A DNA stretch of 40,009 bases, taken from assembly GCA_001002325.1 (NCBI GenBank), contig LCNZ01000008.1, positions 1-40,009 on the forward strand, given 5' to 3'. The stretch is from Candidatus Amesbacteria bacterium GW2011_GWB1_47_19 (GTDB lineage Bacteria > Patescibacteriota > Microgenomatia > CAZETR01 > Amesbacteraceae). A program made the position numbers and the translations under genes. The notes below the pieces were generated by a model that was not told the DNA's origin, did no database searches, and saw nothing but the letters and a program-made list of their open reading frames with translations. Positions 27,060 through 36,094 of the stretch are shown one piece after another; the stretch's first letter is position 1; the number at the start of each line of letters is the position of its first letter.

Positions 27060-28034
27060 TCAGAGGCGAAGATATTTGTCAATATTGGAATTGTGTTCGG
27101 ACAGATCCCGGGCATACCGGGTGACACCGTCATTCCCGGTGAGGTAATACCAGTAAGGTGAGTCCTGGGGATGGAGGGAGGCATTGATGGCGGCCAGCCC
27201 GGGATTGGCTATGGGGGTCGGGGGAAGTCCGGAATGGAGATAGGTATTGTAACTTGATGGTACCCGAGTGGAAGTTACCGGCTGCCACCAGTCACAAACC
27301 AGAGGACGGGTCAGGCAACGGGTTAGATCCTGAGCGTACTGGATACTGGCGTCGACCTGGAGGGGCATACCATCGTCCAGACGTTTTTTCAGAATGCCGG
27401 AGATGAGCAGCCGATCAGCCGGAGATTTTGCTTCCCTCTCGATGAGAGATGCCATAATCAGATCGGGGTAGTTTTCCGGCAGGACAAGGTCGGATTTACG
27501 GGAAAAGTTGCCGGTCATAAGAGTAATGACTTGCGTAGCATCAGCAGACTGGGGAACAAGATAAGTGTCCGGGAATAATTGGCCTTCAAGACCGACCGTC
27601 TTCATCATAAATTCTCCAGGGTCGAAGCTGCTTCCTGATCCGGTGAGAGACCGTGATAATAGTCCGGCTATCTGTTCACGGCGCCAGCCTTCGGGAATGG
27701 TAACCCAGATATCACCGGGGCCGCTGATAAGATGAGAGATTATGTCCGGGGCGGAGAGCCGGGCGGATAGGAGGAACCCACCGGGGCGAAGGGAGTTGTC
27801 GAGATGATGAAGACGAAGGTGAATCTTGGCAGCCAAGGCGGAGCGAATGAGGCCGGATTTCTCCAACTCCTGAAGTACCGATCCGGCGGATTGATTTTTA
27901 TTTACTACAAAAGTGACCTGACCGCCTGAGGCCGGCGAAAGAGGAGACAACAGGTATCGCCAGTAAAAAAAGACACCAGCGGAGGCGGCAAAAATCAAGA
28001 ACAAGGAAATGATTAAAATCCAGAAAAGTTTCAC
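27060..28034 (-). CDS. mltG: Endolytic transglycosylase MltG (YceG)
   Basis: N-terminal TM, TIPEGW, EGQLFPDTY, ASLIERE, LQVDAS, GLPPTPIANPG. Confidence 0.93.
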   Translation of the reverse strand: MKLFWILIISLFLIFAASAGVFFYWRYLLSPLSPASGGQVTFVVNKNQSAGSVLQELEKSGLIRSALAAKIHLRLHHLDNSLRPGGFLLSARLSAPDIISHLISGPGDIWVTIPEGWRREQIAGLLSRSLTGSGSSFDPGEFMMKTVGLEGQLFPDTYLVPQSADATQVITLMTGNFSRKSDLVLPENYPDLIMASLIEREAKSPADRLLISGILKKRLDDGMPLQVDASIQYAQDLTRCLTRPLVCDWWQPVTSTRVPSSYNTYLHSGLPPTPIANPGLAAINASLHPQDSPYWYYLTGNDGVTRYARDLSEHNSNIDKYLRL

Positions 28035-28231
28035 ACTTCTTCAAAGAGGGCGCGACGGAATTTACCTGAATCAATTTCCCTGATAAAAATCCGGTGGCAC
28101 TTGAGGCAGGTTATCTTTTCACCGTTGGGGTGGGATTCCTTTTTACCTGCAGACAAATCGCTACCACAACCGACGCACCGACCCTGAGATAATAACCAAG
28201 CCTGAACCGGGGCGATAACATTCTTAAACAT
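28031..28231 (-). CDS. Small zinc-ribbon hypothetical protein
   Basis: CVGC...CLKC; has its own promoter; 4-bp overlap with mltG. Confidence 0.75.
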   Translation of the reverse strand: MFKNVIAPVQAWLLSQGRCVGCGSDLSAGKKESHPNGEKITCLKCHRIFIREIDSGKFRRALFEEV

Positions 28232-28240
28232 ATTGGTTTG

Positions 28241-28269
28241 ACTTTACTATGCCCCCAAACGGCAGTCAA
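28241..28269 (-). promoter_or_regulatory. sigma70-type promoter
   Basis: TTGACT (28269-28264)-17 bp-TAAAGT (28246-28241), 9 nt before ATG 28231. Confidence 0.65.
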
Positions 28270-28270
28270 G

Positions 28271-28807
28271 TTATTTTTTGGGGCGATTGAAGAATAATTT
28301 TTCCTCTATTTTTTCGACTAATTCACTAATTACCAAGGGTGTGGGTTCCAGTTCCTTTTGAATACTGGTCTGGATTTTTTGGGGATTGACGGGGCTGAGC
28401 ATCCGTTCCAGTTCCGGGTCTGGCGGGGTTTTGGGGAAATGGGCTGCATGGATTTCCGATAACAGCTTGAGGCATTTAGTAATTTCCCGTTCCGCTACTT
28501 CGTTGATCTGAAGGTGAATTTCTTCCCGAAGGGTATCGATTGTTGACTGGCGATTTTGGCTGATGAGAACAAAAATCGAGAGAACAATAGCTTCCAAGGA
28601 AACCATCATGGTGAGAAAGGTGAACGGATAAGGGTCAATCACCGGGAGTCCGGGGAGCCTCCCGCTATTGATCAGAATCCAGGCGGCAAACAGGAGGATA
28701 TTCAGAATGAAAAAGAAGAAACTGCCGGAGGCGCGGTTTACGTCGTCGGCCAGGCGCTCAGTGAAACTGCGGCTTTTCTGGAGTTTGGCTTCGATAGAAT
28801 GAGCCAT
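28271..28807 (-). CDS. DUF1003 membrane protein
   Basis: DPYPFTFLTMMVSLEAIVLSIFVLISQNRQ. Confidence 0.9.
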   Translation of the reverse strand: MAHSIEAKLQKSRSFTERLADDVNRASGSFFFFILNILLFAAWILINSGRLPGLPVIDPYPFTFLTMMVSLEAIVLSIFVLISQNRQSTIDTLREEIHLQINEVAEREITKCLKLLSEIHAAHFPKTPPDPELERMLSPVNPQKIQTSIQKELEPTPLVISELVEKIEEKLFFNRPKK

Positions 28808-28810
28808 GAC

Positions 28811-29194
28811 TTAAGTGTGCCCCGACACCTGCTGTGAGTCAAGCCAGCTTTGGAGAATGATAGCTGCTGCAACGGCATGCTCTCGGGATTGGCGCCTGGT
28901 CAGAGAGGTGTGAGACAAAGACTGTCTGGCATCATGGGAAGAAAGAGTTTCTTCGACCACAATAATTTGACAGCCCAGACTTTGAAGCCCGTCAACAAAT
29001 TTTTGAACCCGGCTGCGAACCGGACCGTCGGGTATGCCGATAATTATGGCTTTGACGGAATGTTTTTCCACTAAACGGGAGATAAATTCAAATGCCTTGC
29101 CGGTGTCCACTGAAGCCAAAGGCTCGGCCAGGGGACCGGTGGCCAAAGCCAAACCGGTTTGCTTCAAGCCATAATCAATACCGAGATAGTTCAT
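28811..29194 (-). CDS. ruvX: YqgF/RuvX family nuclease
   Basis: LGIDYGLKQTGLA, IIGIP, EETLSS, AAAIILQSWL. Confidence 0.9.
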   Translation of the reverse strand: MNYLGIDYGLKQTGLALATGPLAEPLASVDTGKAFEFISRLVEKHSVKAIIIGIPDGPVRSRVQKFVDGLQSLGCQIIVVEETLSSHDARQSLSHTSLTRRQSREHAVAAAIILQSWLDSQQVSGHT

Positions 29195-29496
29195 TTTTTG
29201 GTAAAACGGTGAGCGTCTCTGGATGAATATTTGTCTATGGTATTTCTAAAACTCTTATCCAAATCTATCCTCAGGGAATTTGCCAGACAAACAATAGTAA
29301 AGATAATATCCCCTAATTCTTCTGAAATTTCTTTGGTTTCTTCCGAGGGTTTTTTCTTTTTCGGGCCGAAACGGTGATTTAATTCCCGGGCTAATTCTCC
29401 CGTTTCCTCAACCAATCTGGCAAGAATTTCCAGAGGTTTGAAGTAACCATTATTCTGGCCAACCCAATTGTCAACCTGTTTTTGGATTAGTTTCAT
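29191..29496 (-). CDS. MazG-like nucleotide pyrophosphohydrolase (YpjD-like)
   Basis: LVEETGELARE, EELGDIIF, RDAHRF; TATAAT at 29510-29505. Confidence 0.9.
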   Translation of the reverse strand: MKLIQKQVDNWVGQNNGYFKPLEILARLVEETGELARELNHRFGPKKKKPSEETKEISEELGDIIFTIVCLANSLRIDLDKSFRNTIDKYSSRDAHRFTKK

Positions 29497-29533
29497 GTAT
29501 TTTGATTATAAGCTTTATGTTTTGCTCAAACAG

Positions 29534-30214
29534 TTAGTTGGCCAATTCGGCGATGGCGACGAAGCGGCGCCAGTAGGTGCCCAGGGGAACACAGGTAACA
29601 AGTGTAAGCTGGTATTTATCGAAATGCTGGCTTAAAACTTCTATTTGCTGGGGGCGGACTTCCTGGGTTTTCCTGACCAGGTAGCGGTAAGTAATGCCGT
29701 CATATCTGATAATTACGTCGTCACCAGTTTTAATTTTTGGCAATAAATTAAAAATAGTCAGGGGATAACCCGGGCGATACATTTGGGGTAAAGAGGAATG
29801 GCCAAAAATAACGGAATTACCAAAATTGCCGGGGAGGGAGGTGCCGGGGAAATGGATGGCATTTTTTTTCAGGTCAGAACCATTTATTTCCACCGGAATA
29901 TCTACCAGGTCCAGTGCAGGGGCAGATAGAGTAAAGTAGGTTACTTTGGTCGGAGGCGGGGTGGGAACTGAAACGGGAACCGAGGAGAACCAGTTGGAGG
30001 CCAGAGTGTAATCAACTGAGGCCAAACCGAAAGCGTTCACCACAAATGTGGCCGGACGACCGGAGGTGGCGGAAGGGTCCATCAACTGAGGCTGGGGATA
30101 GAGAAGAAAACGCAGGTAAGAGGTGGTAACAGGGACCAGGACTACGGCCAGGAAAATCAGACCGGTAAAAATCAAGACAACAGAAAGGAGACGGGTTTGA
30201 CGCTTGGCTATCAC
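29534..30214 (-). CDS. Sortase
   Basis: N-terminal TM, FGHSS, LTLVTCVPLGTYWRR (His-Cys-Arg triad). Confidence 0.9.
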   Translation of the reverse strand: MIAKRQTRLLSVVLIFTGLIFLAVVLVPVTTSYLRFLLYPQPQLMDPSATSGRPATFVVNAFGLASVDYTLASNWFSSVPVSVPTPPPTKVTYFTLSAPALDLVDIPVEINGSDLKKNAIHFPGTSLPGNFGNSVIFGHSSLPQMYRPGYPLTIFNLLPKIKTGDDVIIRYDGITYRYLVRKTQEVRPQQIEVLSQHFDKYQLTLVTCVPLGTYWRRFVAIAELAN

Positions 30215-32325
30215 GGAACAGGCTGGACGACAATATTAATGCGGTCAGGAATGTGAGGCAAAGTTAATATCCGGGAAGGGAAATGCGGGAAAAATTTAAA
30301 ATCTACCGAGGAGACAGACTGCAGGCTCTGTAAATAGTCCCGGGCCTGGGCCGGAAATTTGCCAGCCAGGTCCCGGGCTACCCGGGTTGAATCGAAATCG
30401 GGTAGAAGATCTGCCCTAACGGAAACATCAAAACTGGCAGAATCTTTGGTGGTTTCTTTGACCTGAAAGCTGTGGCGGACGTCTCCAGTGGAATTAAATC
30501 CTTCTGGGATAAGCGGCTCGACTTGACCCGAAATGAGCTCGTCCAGGTCTTGTTTGGCCAGAACCAGACCTTTTGCTTTGACAGTCAGACGAAGTGTCAG
30601 TTCGTCAGCTACTTCGTCAACTTTATGACTGGCTTCTTCGGAAACCGTCTGAAGTTCGACAGATTCGGGGATAAGAATCTGCGCGTCGGTAATCTGACCT
30701 GCCAGATCATCCTTGGCCTGGTCTTTAAGAGAGGAGGAAAGTTCGGTGCGTAAACCTGCCAGATCATCCTTGGCCACGGCTTTGACCTGTTGGCTGGATC
30801 CCCCGGAAAAGGCAGCGTCGTTTTTGGCTACGAAATCCAGAGCCGCGAAAGTGCCGATTTTAAACTGAGTGCCAGCTGAGATATTGCTATCGCTACCGAT
30901 TTGTGAGGCAGTAACTTTAACGGCGGATTTACCCGGCTGGTAGGAATTGGGGTCAGCGGTGCCGGAAGCGGAGGCTATGGCAACATCGGCGTCCAACACA
31001 AACTTGAGACCCGAAGGTGAAGATATGACGGTACCTGAAGGAAAAGTGCGCGGGACTGAAGTACCATTGATGACAGTTACCGAACCCGTGGCTTTATCGC
31101 CGATGAGTTTAGTCCCGGTAGCGGGATTGGATTTATCATCGGATACAGTGGCTTCTATGGTACGAGCGGGAAGTAGTGCTTTTCCGACGTCGACCACGGT
31201 TGTGGAAGCGGATGCAGTTAGAATAAACTGATGTTCCAGCGTCCGGGGGGCAACCGACAGACTGACGGTGGCTTTCGGCAGATACCAATAGGATGTAAAA
31301 AGACCGACTGCAACCAATATTAACGCTATCAAAAACAGGAGGGGAGATGCGGGGAGCCGGGGCAAGCGGATACGCGGTAATGACAGCCGGCGATGACCGG
31401 ACGGACCACGGGCAGGAGGAACCTGGTGATCAGGGCGGAAGGTCTCTTCCGAAGGAGCGGGGACCGGATCGGCTACGACATCCTCGTTTAAAGAAAAACC
31501 CAAGTCCCGGGGAGTTACCGGGGCAGGCCGGACTGGTGAGACGGTTGAAGGAATTAGTCCCATAGCCTCGGCTACCTCCTCCCCACTGGCCAGGGCGATG
31601 GCTTTGACAGTGAAGTCCTGAGGCAATACGTCTATCTTGGGAAAGTGGAGAAATGGCAGACGCGTCTGCGGAGCCTGCCAGGGATGAGACAGAAGAGTCT
31701 GCCTGACTTCCTCCAGATCCAGACCGGAATCGTAAAGAAATATTCGGGAGGGAAGCATATCCACATGACTGAACCGGGATAAACCCTCAATGACATCGGC
31801 AATTATCTGAGAACTGCGAGTCACAAAAACGGTATGGTCTATTTTTCCTAGACGTACCAGGGTGACTTCCAACATCCGGGGCCAAACTCCGAGGAGAATG
31901 GCAGTAATCGGTACACCTTCGGTGCTCTGGATATATCGGGACAGGGCTTGGGGGGTGACTACGTATCCGACTGCGGTGAGGGATAATTTTTCCGTTAAAG
32001 TCCTGAGCAGCTTGAGACGGAGCGGAGAGACTTTTTCTTCACCGACCCAATCCGGCGGCAGTCCGAAAATTACTTTTTGGGGCTGAACCGATCCCGACGG
32101 ATCGAGATGTTGTGACGAGTCTGTCAGAGACCGGTCACAGGCCTGAATCAGGCTATGATCCTGCTGACCGTCCCAGTCATAACGATTACTGACCGCCAGA
32201 ACCTGGGGCTTTCCGTTGGCAACTGTCCAGACGGCACTTTTGACGGTGAGGGCATCTATCTGCAGGACGAAAAAATATTCGCGGGCCGGAGCGGAGGAAT
32301 TTTTTTTAAAAAAAGGCAGCAACAT
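30211..32325 (-). CDS. Membrane protein: FtsA/actin-like N-terminus, TM, baseplate-J/gp47-like extracellular domain
   Basis: YFFVLQIDALTVKSAVW; TM at about aa 328-348; KATGSVTVING..FPSGT..VTASQIGSDSNI..FSGG pattern recalled from CPR proteins. Confidence 0.65.
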   Translation of the reverse strand: MLLPFFKKNSSAPAREYFFVLQIDALTVKSAVWTVANGKPQVLAVSNRYDWDGQQDHSLIQACDRSLTDSSQHLDPSGSVQPQKVIFGLPPDWVGEEKVSPLRLKLLRTLTEKLSLTAVGYVVTPQALSRYIQSTEGVPITAILLGVWPRMLEVTLVRLGKIDHTVFVTRSSQIIADVIEGLSRFSHVDMLPSRIFLYDSGLDLEEVRQTLLSHPWQAPQTRLPFLHFPKIDVLPQDFTVKAIALASGEEVAEAMGLIPSTVSPVRPAPVTPRDLGFSLNEDVVADPVPAPSEETFRPDHQVPPARGPSGHRRLSLPRIRLPRLPASPLLFLIALILVAVGLFTSYWYLPKATVSLSVAPRTLEHQFILTASASTTVVDVGKALLPARTIEATVSDDKSNPATGTKLIGDKATGSVTVINGTSVPRTFPSGTVISSPSGLKFVLDADVAIASASGTADPNSYQPGKSAVKVTASQIGSDSNISAGTQFKIGTFAALDFVAKNDAAFSGGSSQQVKAVAKDDLAGLRTELSSSLKDQAKDDLAGQITDAQILIPESVELQTVSEEASHKVDEVADELTLRLTVKAKGLVLAKQDLDELISGQVEPLIPEGFNSTGDVRHSFQVKETTKDSASFDVSVRADLLPDFDSTRVARDLAGKFPAQARDYLQSLQSVSSVDFKFFPHFPSRILTLPHIPDRINIVVQPVP

Positions 32326-32330
32326 AGATA

Positions 32331-32365
32331 AAAACTCAAAATTTAAAAGTCAAAATTCAAAAAAA
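32331..32365. repeat. Degenerate 7-bp AT-rich tandem repeat
   Basis: aaaactc aaaattt aaaagtc aaaattc aaaaaaa. Confidence 0.6.
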
Positions 32366-32370
32366 GAATA

Positions 32371-34119
32371 TTACTTTTCCAATTGAGCATAGATGCGGCG
32401 AATACCGGAGCCGGCGGACTCCTCCTTGACTATCTTAATACGGCCGATCTGTCCAGTCGAGCTGACATGCGGTCCACCGCACAATTCTAATGAATAATCT
32501 CCTATCTGATATACAGAAGTTGTTTCCGGATATTTTTCCGGGAAAAAAGCCAGAGCGCCCTGGGCTAAAGCCTGATCTTTGGGCATTTCGGTACGAGTGA
32601 CCGGCAGATCGACGGAGATTTTTTGATTGACTTTTTCTTCAATCCGGATTAATTCCTCCGGGGTTATTCTGGCTGAATGGGAAAAGTCAAATCGCAGCCT
32701 GGCCGAGGTAATGTTGCTCCCTTTTTGATGTACATGATCTCCCAAAACATCCCGCAGGGCCTGATGTAGCAAATGAGTAGCAGTATGATATTTAACTACA
32801 GTGCCCGACTGATCCTGAAGTCCGCCTTTGAACATCCCGGCTGAAGCCGTATGCGACATTTCCTGGTGTTTTTTGAATTCAGAGGTAAATTCCCGAGTGT
32901 CAATGTTATATCCTTTGGCGGATGCTAACTCGGCGGTAATCTCTAAAGGAAACCCGTAAGTTTGAAACAAATCAAAAGCGGTTTTTCCGTCTATTTTTTC
33001 GATCTTTTCAAACTCCCTTAATCCCTTATCCAATGTTTTTAAAAATCGCGATATTTCATCCGCTAATGTTTGTTGGGTAAGAGCGGAATTAACGGCCAAT
33101 TCGGGATAAACGGGTGACATTTGATCAACATAAAGGAGGCTGAGTCGGGACGCAGTCGTAGTGATGTCAGGAGTTAAGGATTTGAGTTTGACGGCTACGC
33201 GGCGTATGAGACGGCGCAGAATATATCCCCGTTCCTTGTTTGACGGCTGGACTCCGTCAGAAATAATAAAAACTGCAGCGCGGAGATGGTCCGCAATTAT
33301 CCGAAAATCACGAAAACGGGTAGAGTAGGAGTTACCGGTTAGTTTTTCCAGCAAGGAAATGGCCGGCTGCCATAAATGGGTCAGATAATCATCGGCATAA
33401 CCGTTGATTACGGCCAAAGTCCTTTCAACCCCCATACCGGTGTCAACGTTGGGAAACGGCAGCTTTTCAAATTTACCTGGACCGGTTTTGTTGTATTCCA
33501 TAAATACGTTATTCCATATCTCGCTAAACCGACTGCAGTTATCACCGGGAAAGCAGTCGGGTCCACAAGGAGTTTGAGTAATGTCATAAAACATTTCTGA
33601 ATCAGGACCACAAGGGCCGGTCAGGCCTGCCGGACCCCACCAATTATCTTTTTTACCATAGAAAAAAATCCGATCGGCAGGGATTCCCAATGATTGCCAA
33701 ACAGCAGCGGATTCTTCGTCTTTGGGGGCATCCTCGTCACCGGCAAAACAACTTATATATAGCCTGCCGGAGTCAAGTTTTAATTCCCGGGTGAGAAACT
33801 CGTAGGACCAGGTTATGGACTCCTTTTTAAAATAATCCCCTAGCGACCAATTTCCGAGCATTTCGAAAAAAGTATGGTGGAAAGTATCACCCACTTCGTC
33901 GATATCATCCGTTCGCATACATTTCTGAATATCCACTAAACGCTTTCCCAGGGGATGAGGCTGGCCTAAAAGATACGGCACGAGAGGATGCATACCGGCA
34001 GTGGTATACAGGACGGAGGGGTCGTTTTCGGGAACGAGAGGGGCGGAGGGGATGATTTTGTGTCCCCGGGCAACAAAAAAATCTAAATATTTCTGGCGTA
34101 ATTGATCGGCGGTAATCAT
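32371..34119 (-). CDS. alaS: Alanine--tRNA ligase (short form, no C-Ala domain)
   Basis: HHTFFEMLGNWS, GPCGPDSE, DTGMGVER, HTATHLLH, ELCGGPH, GIRRI. Confidence 0.97.
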   Translation of the reverse strand: MITADQLRQKYLDFFVARGHKIIPSAPLVPENDPSVLYTTAGMHPLVPYLLGQPHPLGKRLVDIQKCMRTDDIDEVGDTFHHTFFEMLGNWSLGDYFKKESITWSYEFLTRELKLDSGRLYISCFAGDEDAPKDEESAAVWQSLGIPADRIFFYGKKDNWWGPAGLTGPCGPDSEMFYDITQTPCGPDCFPGDNCSRFSEIWNNVFMEYNKTGPGKFEKLPFPNVDTGMGVERTLAVINGYADDYLTHLWQPAISLLEKLTGNSYSTRFRDFRIIADHLRAAVFIISDGVQPSNKERGYILRRLIRRVAVKLKSLTPDITTTASRLSLLYVDQMSPVYPELAVNSALTQQTLADEISRFLKTLDKGLREFEKIEKIDGKTAFDLFQTYGFPLEITAELASAKGYNIDTREFTSEFKKHQEMSHTASAGMFKGGLQDQSGTVVKYHTATHLLHQALRDVLGDHVHQKGSNITSARLRFDFSHSARITPEELIRIEEKVNQKISVDLPVTRTEMPKDQALAQGALAFFPEKYPETTSVYQIGDYSLELCGGPHVSSTGQIGRIKIVKEESAGSGIRRIYAQLEK

Positions 34120-34125
34120 GGGCTA

Positions 34126-34163
34126 ATTTTAGCATTGGTTGCCAGAGCATATTCATGTAGAAT
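34126..34163. promoter_or_regulatory. Divergent leaderless-type -10 elements
   Basis: TGcTAAAAT (minus, 34134-34126) 6 nt before the alaS ATG; TAGAAT (plus, 34158-34163) 7 nt before GTG 34171. Confidence 0.6.
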
Positions 34164-34170
34164 ATATTAA

Positions 34171-35067
34171 GTGGTTGAAGTTAAGAATACTGGGATGAAG
34201 GACTGGGTGAAACTGGGAATCCTGTTTATTTTCGGAGGAGTTCTATTTCTACTAGGAATAGCCGTAGAAAGGTATAAACAAACAAAGAATGGGCTGGTCG
34301 TCTATCCGACTCAAGCTTCACAACCAACCGGAAAGCCAGATGCAATATTCACCTGCAACCAAGATGCTGATTGCCAAGAAGTAATTGATAAAAGCAAGCC
34401 CTGTGCTTGTACCGAAGCAGTGAATAAAGAATACGTGGGGAAATATGGATTTTCTGCTTTTGACCAAACCACAGGTGTTACAGAGGAGAATATCGCTTGC
34501 AATAGATGCTTTTCTTTTGGTACACCAGCTTGTGTTGACAATCGGTGCGGTTTAGTCTTCCAAGGAAACAGCGCGGATACAAGTTCATGGAAAACTTACT
34601 ATGAAAAACAATCGAATTTGAAGTTTCTTCATCCTCCTAATTGGAAGGTTGTCAGTAATTCAAAAAGTGTTCGCTTGTGGCCTGACTATCCGGAATCTAC
34701 TTTCTGGTTCATGGATGTAATGGTGGCGAATGAAAAAGGAGACAAATTGTTAATATTCCGGGATGGAGAACCTGAAATGGGTAGCCCGATTACTGCAACC
34801 AGGGCAGATCTGTTTATTTGGTTGCCTGACCGGAAAATTGCCCGGGGGGTACTGGGACTTAGTAACCACTTATATTACCAGAGAGTGCTTAATGAATGCG
34901 ACAAAATTACAATTGGAAATAATGTTATCAAAAACGGGGATCAGGGGTGGTATTGTTTAGATGATAGTTGGGATAATGAATATTATGTTTATGTTACGTA
35001 TAATGGTTTATTAGATATAGATACACAAGCGATATTAGATACTATTGTGATGTCACATTCGAGGTGA
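34171..35067 (+). CDS. Membrane-anchored Cys-rich hypothetical surface protein
   Basis: N-terminal TM; CNQDADC..CAC..CNRC..CVDNRC module; DTSSWKTY..FLHPPNW motif; AT-richer than neighbours. Confidence 0.8.
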   Translation: MVEVKNTGMKDWVKLGILFIFGGVLFLLGIAVERYKQTKNGLVVYPTQASQPTGKPDAIFTCNQDADCQEVIDKSKPCACTEAVNKEYVGKYGFSAFDQTTGVTEENIACNRCFSFGTPACVDNRCGLVFQGNSADTSSWKTYYEKQSNLKFLHPPNWKVVSNSKSVRLWPDYPESTFWFMDVMVANEKGDKLLIFRDGEPEMGSPITATRADLFIWLPDRKIARGVLGLSNHLYYQRVLNECDKITIGNNVIKNGDQGWYCLDDSWDNEYYVYVTYNGLLDIDTQAILDTIVMSHSR

Positions 35068-35078
35068 GGATATGGTTA

Positions 35079-35426
35079 TTATGAGGGGCGGATGGGGATA
35101 CCGGCGCGACGGAAGAGATGGGGGCGGAGACGGGAAGAACGATGCTGGTGTTTGGGAGCGATAACCCGGTCGGGTGTGTGAGCGATTATCTGGTCCTGGG
35201 TTTGATTTACCAGGTCTTTGACTTCGGTATAAAACTCATTGACAGCGGCAACAGGGCGGGCGGCAGTTTCCGAAAGAGATTGGGTGTGCCCCAGTATGCG
35301 GTTAAGCTTCTGCAAAGCCAGACGGAACTCGTGCAGGATGTGAAAAACCTGAATGGCGGCAAAAGCCATCAGGAAAGTCAGAGTGGTGATGACGACAGCC
35401 AGTAACAGCTGGACAAATGTAGTCAT
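35079..35426 (-). CDS. Hypothetical membrane protein
   Basis: N-terminal TM and coiled-coil; promoter TTGACA (35466-35461)-17-TAACGT (35443-35438). Confidence 0.75.
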   Translation of the reverse strand: MTTFVQLLLAVVITTLTFLMAFAAIQVFHILHEFRLALQKLNRILGHTQSLSETAARPVAAVNEFYTEVKDLVNQTQDQIIAHTPDRVIAPKHQHRSSRLRPHLFRRAGIPIRPS

Positions 35427-35452
35427 AATTTGGTTCTACGTTACGTTTTAAG

Positions 35453-36094
35453 TTAAAGGTTGTCAACCCTATTGACGTCCCGGGTCACAACAGTTTTTTT
35501 GCCGGATTTGGCGGTGGCTGTAATAGTAATCATGTTGGGCCCGGGGATGAGGGATACCCTGAGGAAAAACTCTCCTCCTTTGTCGAGAGCGACCAATTCT
35601 CCATTGACGGAGAGGGTGGCTTCGGGATCTGTTTTGCCCGTGATTTCGACTGTATTTTCTGCAACAGTCGTAGAAACGGCGGGAGCAGTGACTTCCAATA
35701 CAGGCGGACCTGTAAGCAATTGATACTGATACAGAAGGTAGGCGGTAAAGACGGTGAAAATCAGGGAGACCACAGCAATAACTGTAGTCCGGGGAGTCCA
35801 AAAACTAATTTTGTTTACCGGTTCCACCATTCCCCGGGGAACAATCTGGCCCTGGCGATTTTCCACAAAATCCCGGCGAAATACAGCCAAAAGGTGCAGA
35901 GGGTTGAGATTTAAAAATTCGGCATAGTTGCGGACGAAACCCCGGGTGACTGTAGCGTTCGGGAGACGTCCGTAATCATCCGCTTCCAGGGAACGGAGAA
36001 ATTGTGACCGGATCTTGGTTATCCGGGTGACATCTTCGATATCCAATCTGGCTGCTTCTCTGGCAGTTTGTAAAATCTGTCCGGCGGTTTTCAT
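35453..36094 (-). CDS. RodZ-like HTH protein with TM and Ig-like domain
   Basis: GQILQTARE..TKIR..LEADDY..GFVRNYAEFL; TM; ITGKTDPEATLSVNG. Confidence 0.85.
   Translation of the reverse strand: MKTAGQILQTAREAARLDIEDVTRITKIRSQFLRSLEADDYGRLPNATVTRGFVRNYAEFLNLNPLHLLAVFRRDFVENRQGQIVPRGMVEPVNKISFWTPRTTVIAVVSLIFTVFTAYLLYQYQLLTGPPVLEVTAPAVSTTVAENTVEITGKTDPEATLSVNGELVALDKGGEFFLRVSLIPGPNMITITATAKSGKKTVVTRDVNRVDNL

Noticed and set aside
30211-31300. Prophage or contractile injection system suggested by the baseplate-J-like domain
   Set aside because: No other phage, tail or sheath genes are present, and the domain is fused to a TM protein among housekeeping genes.
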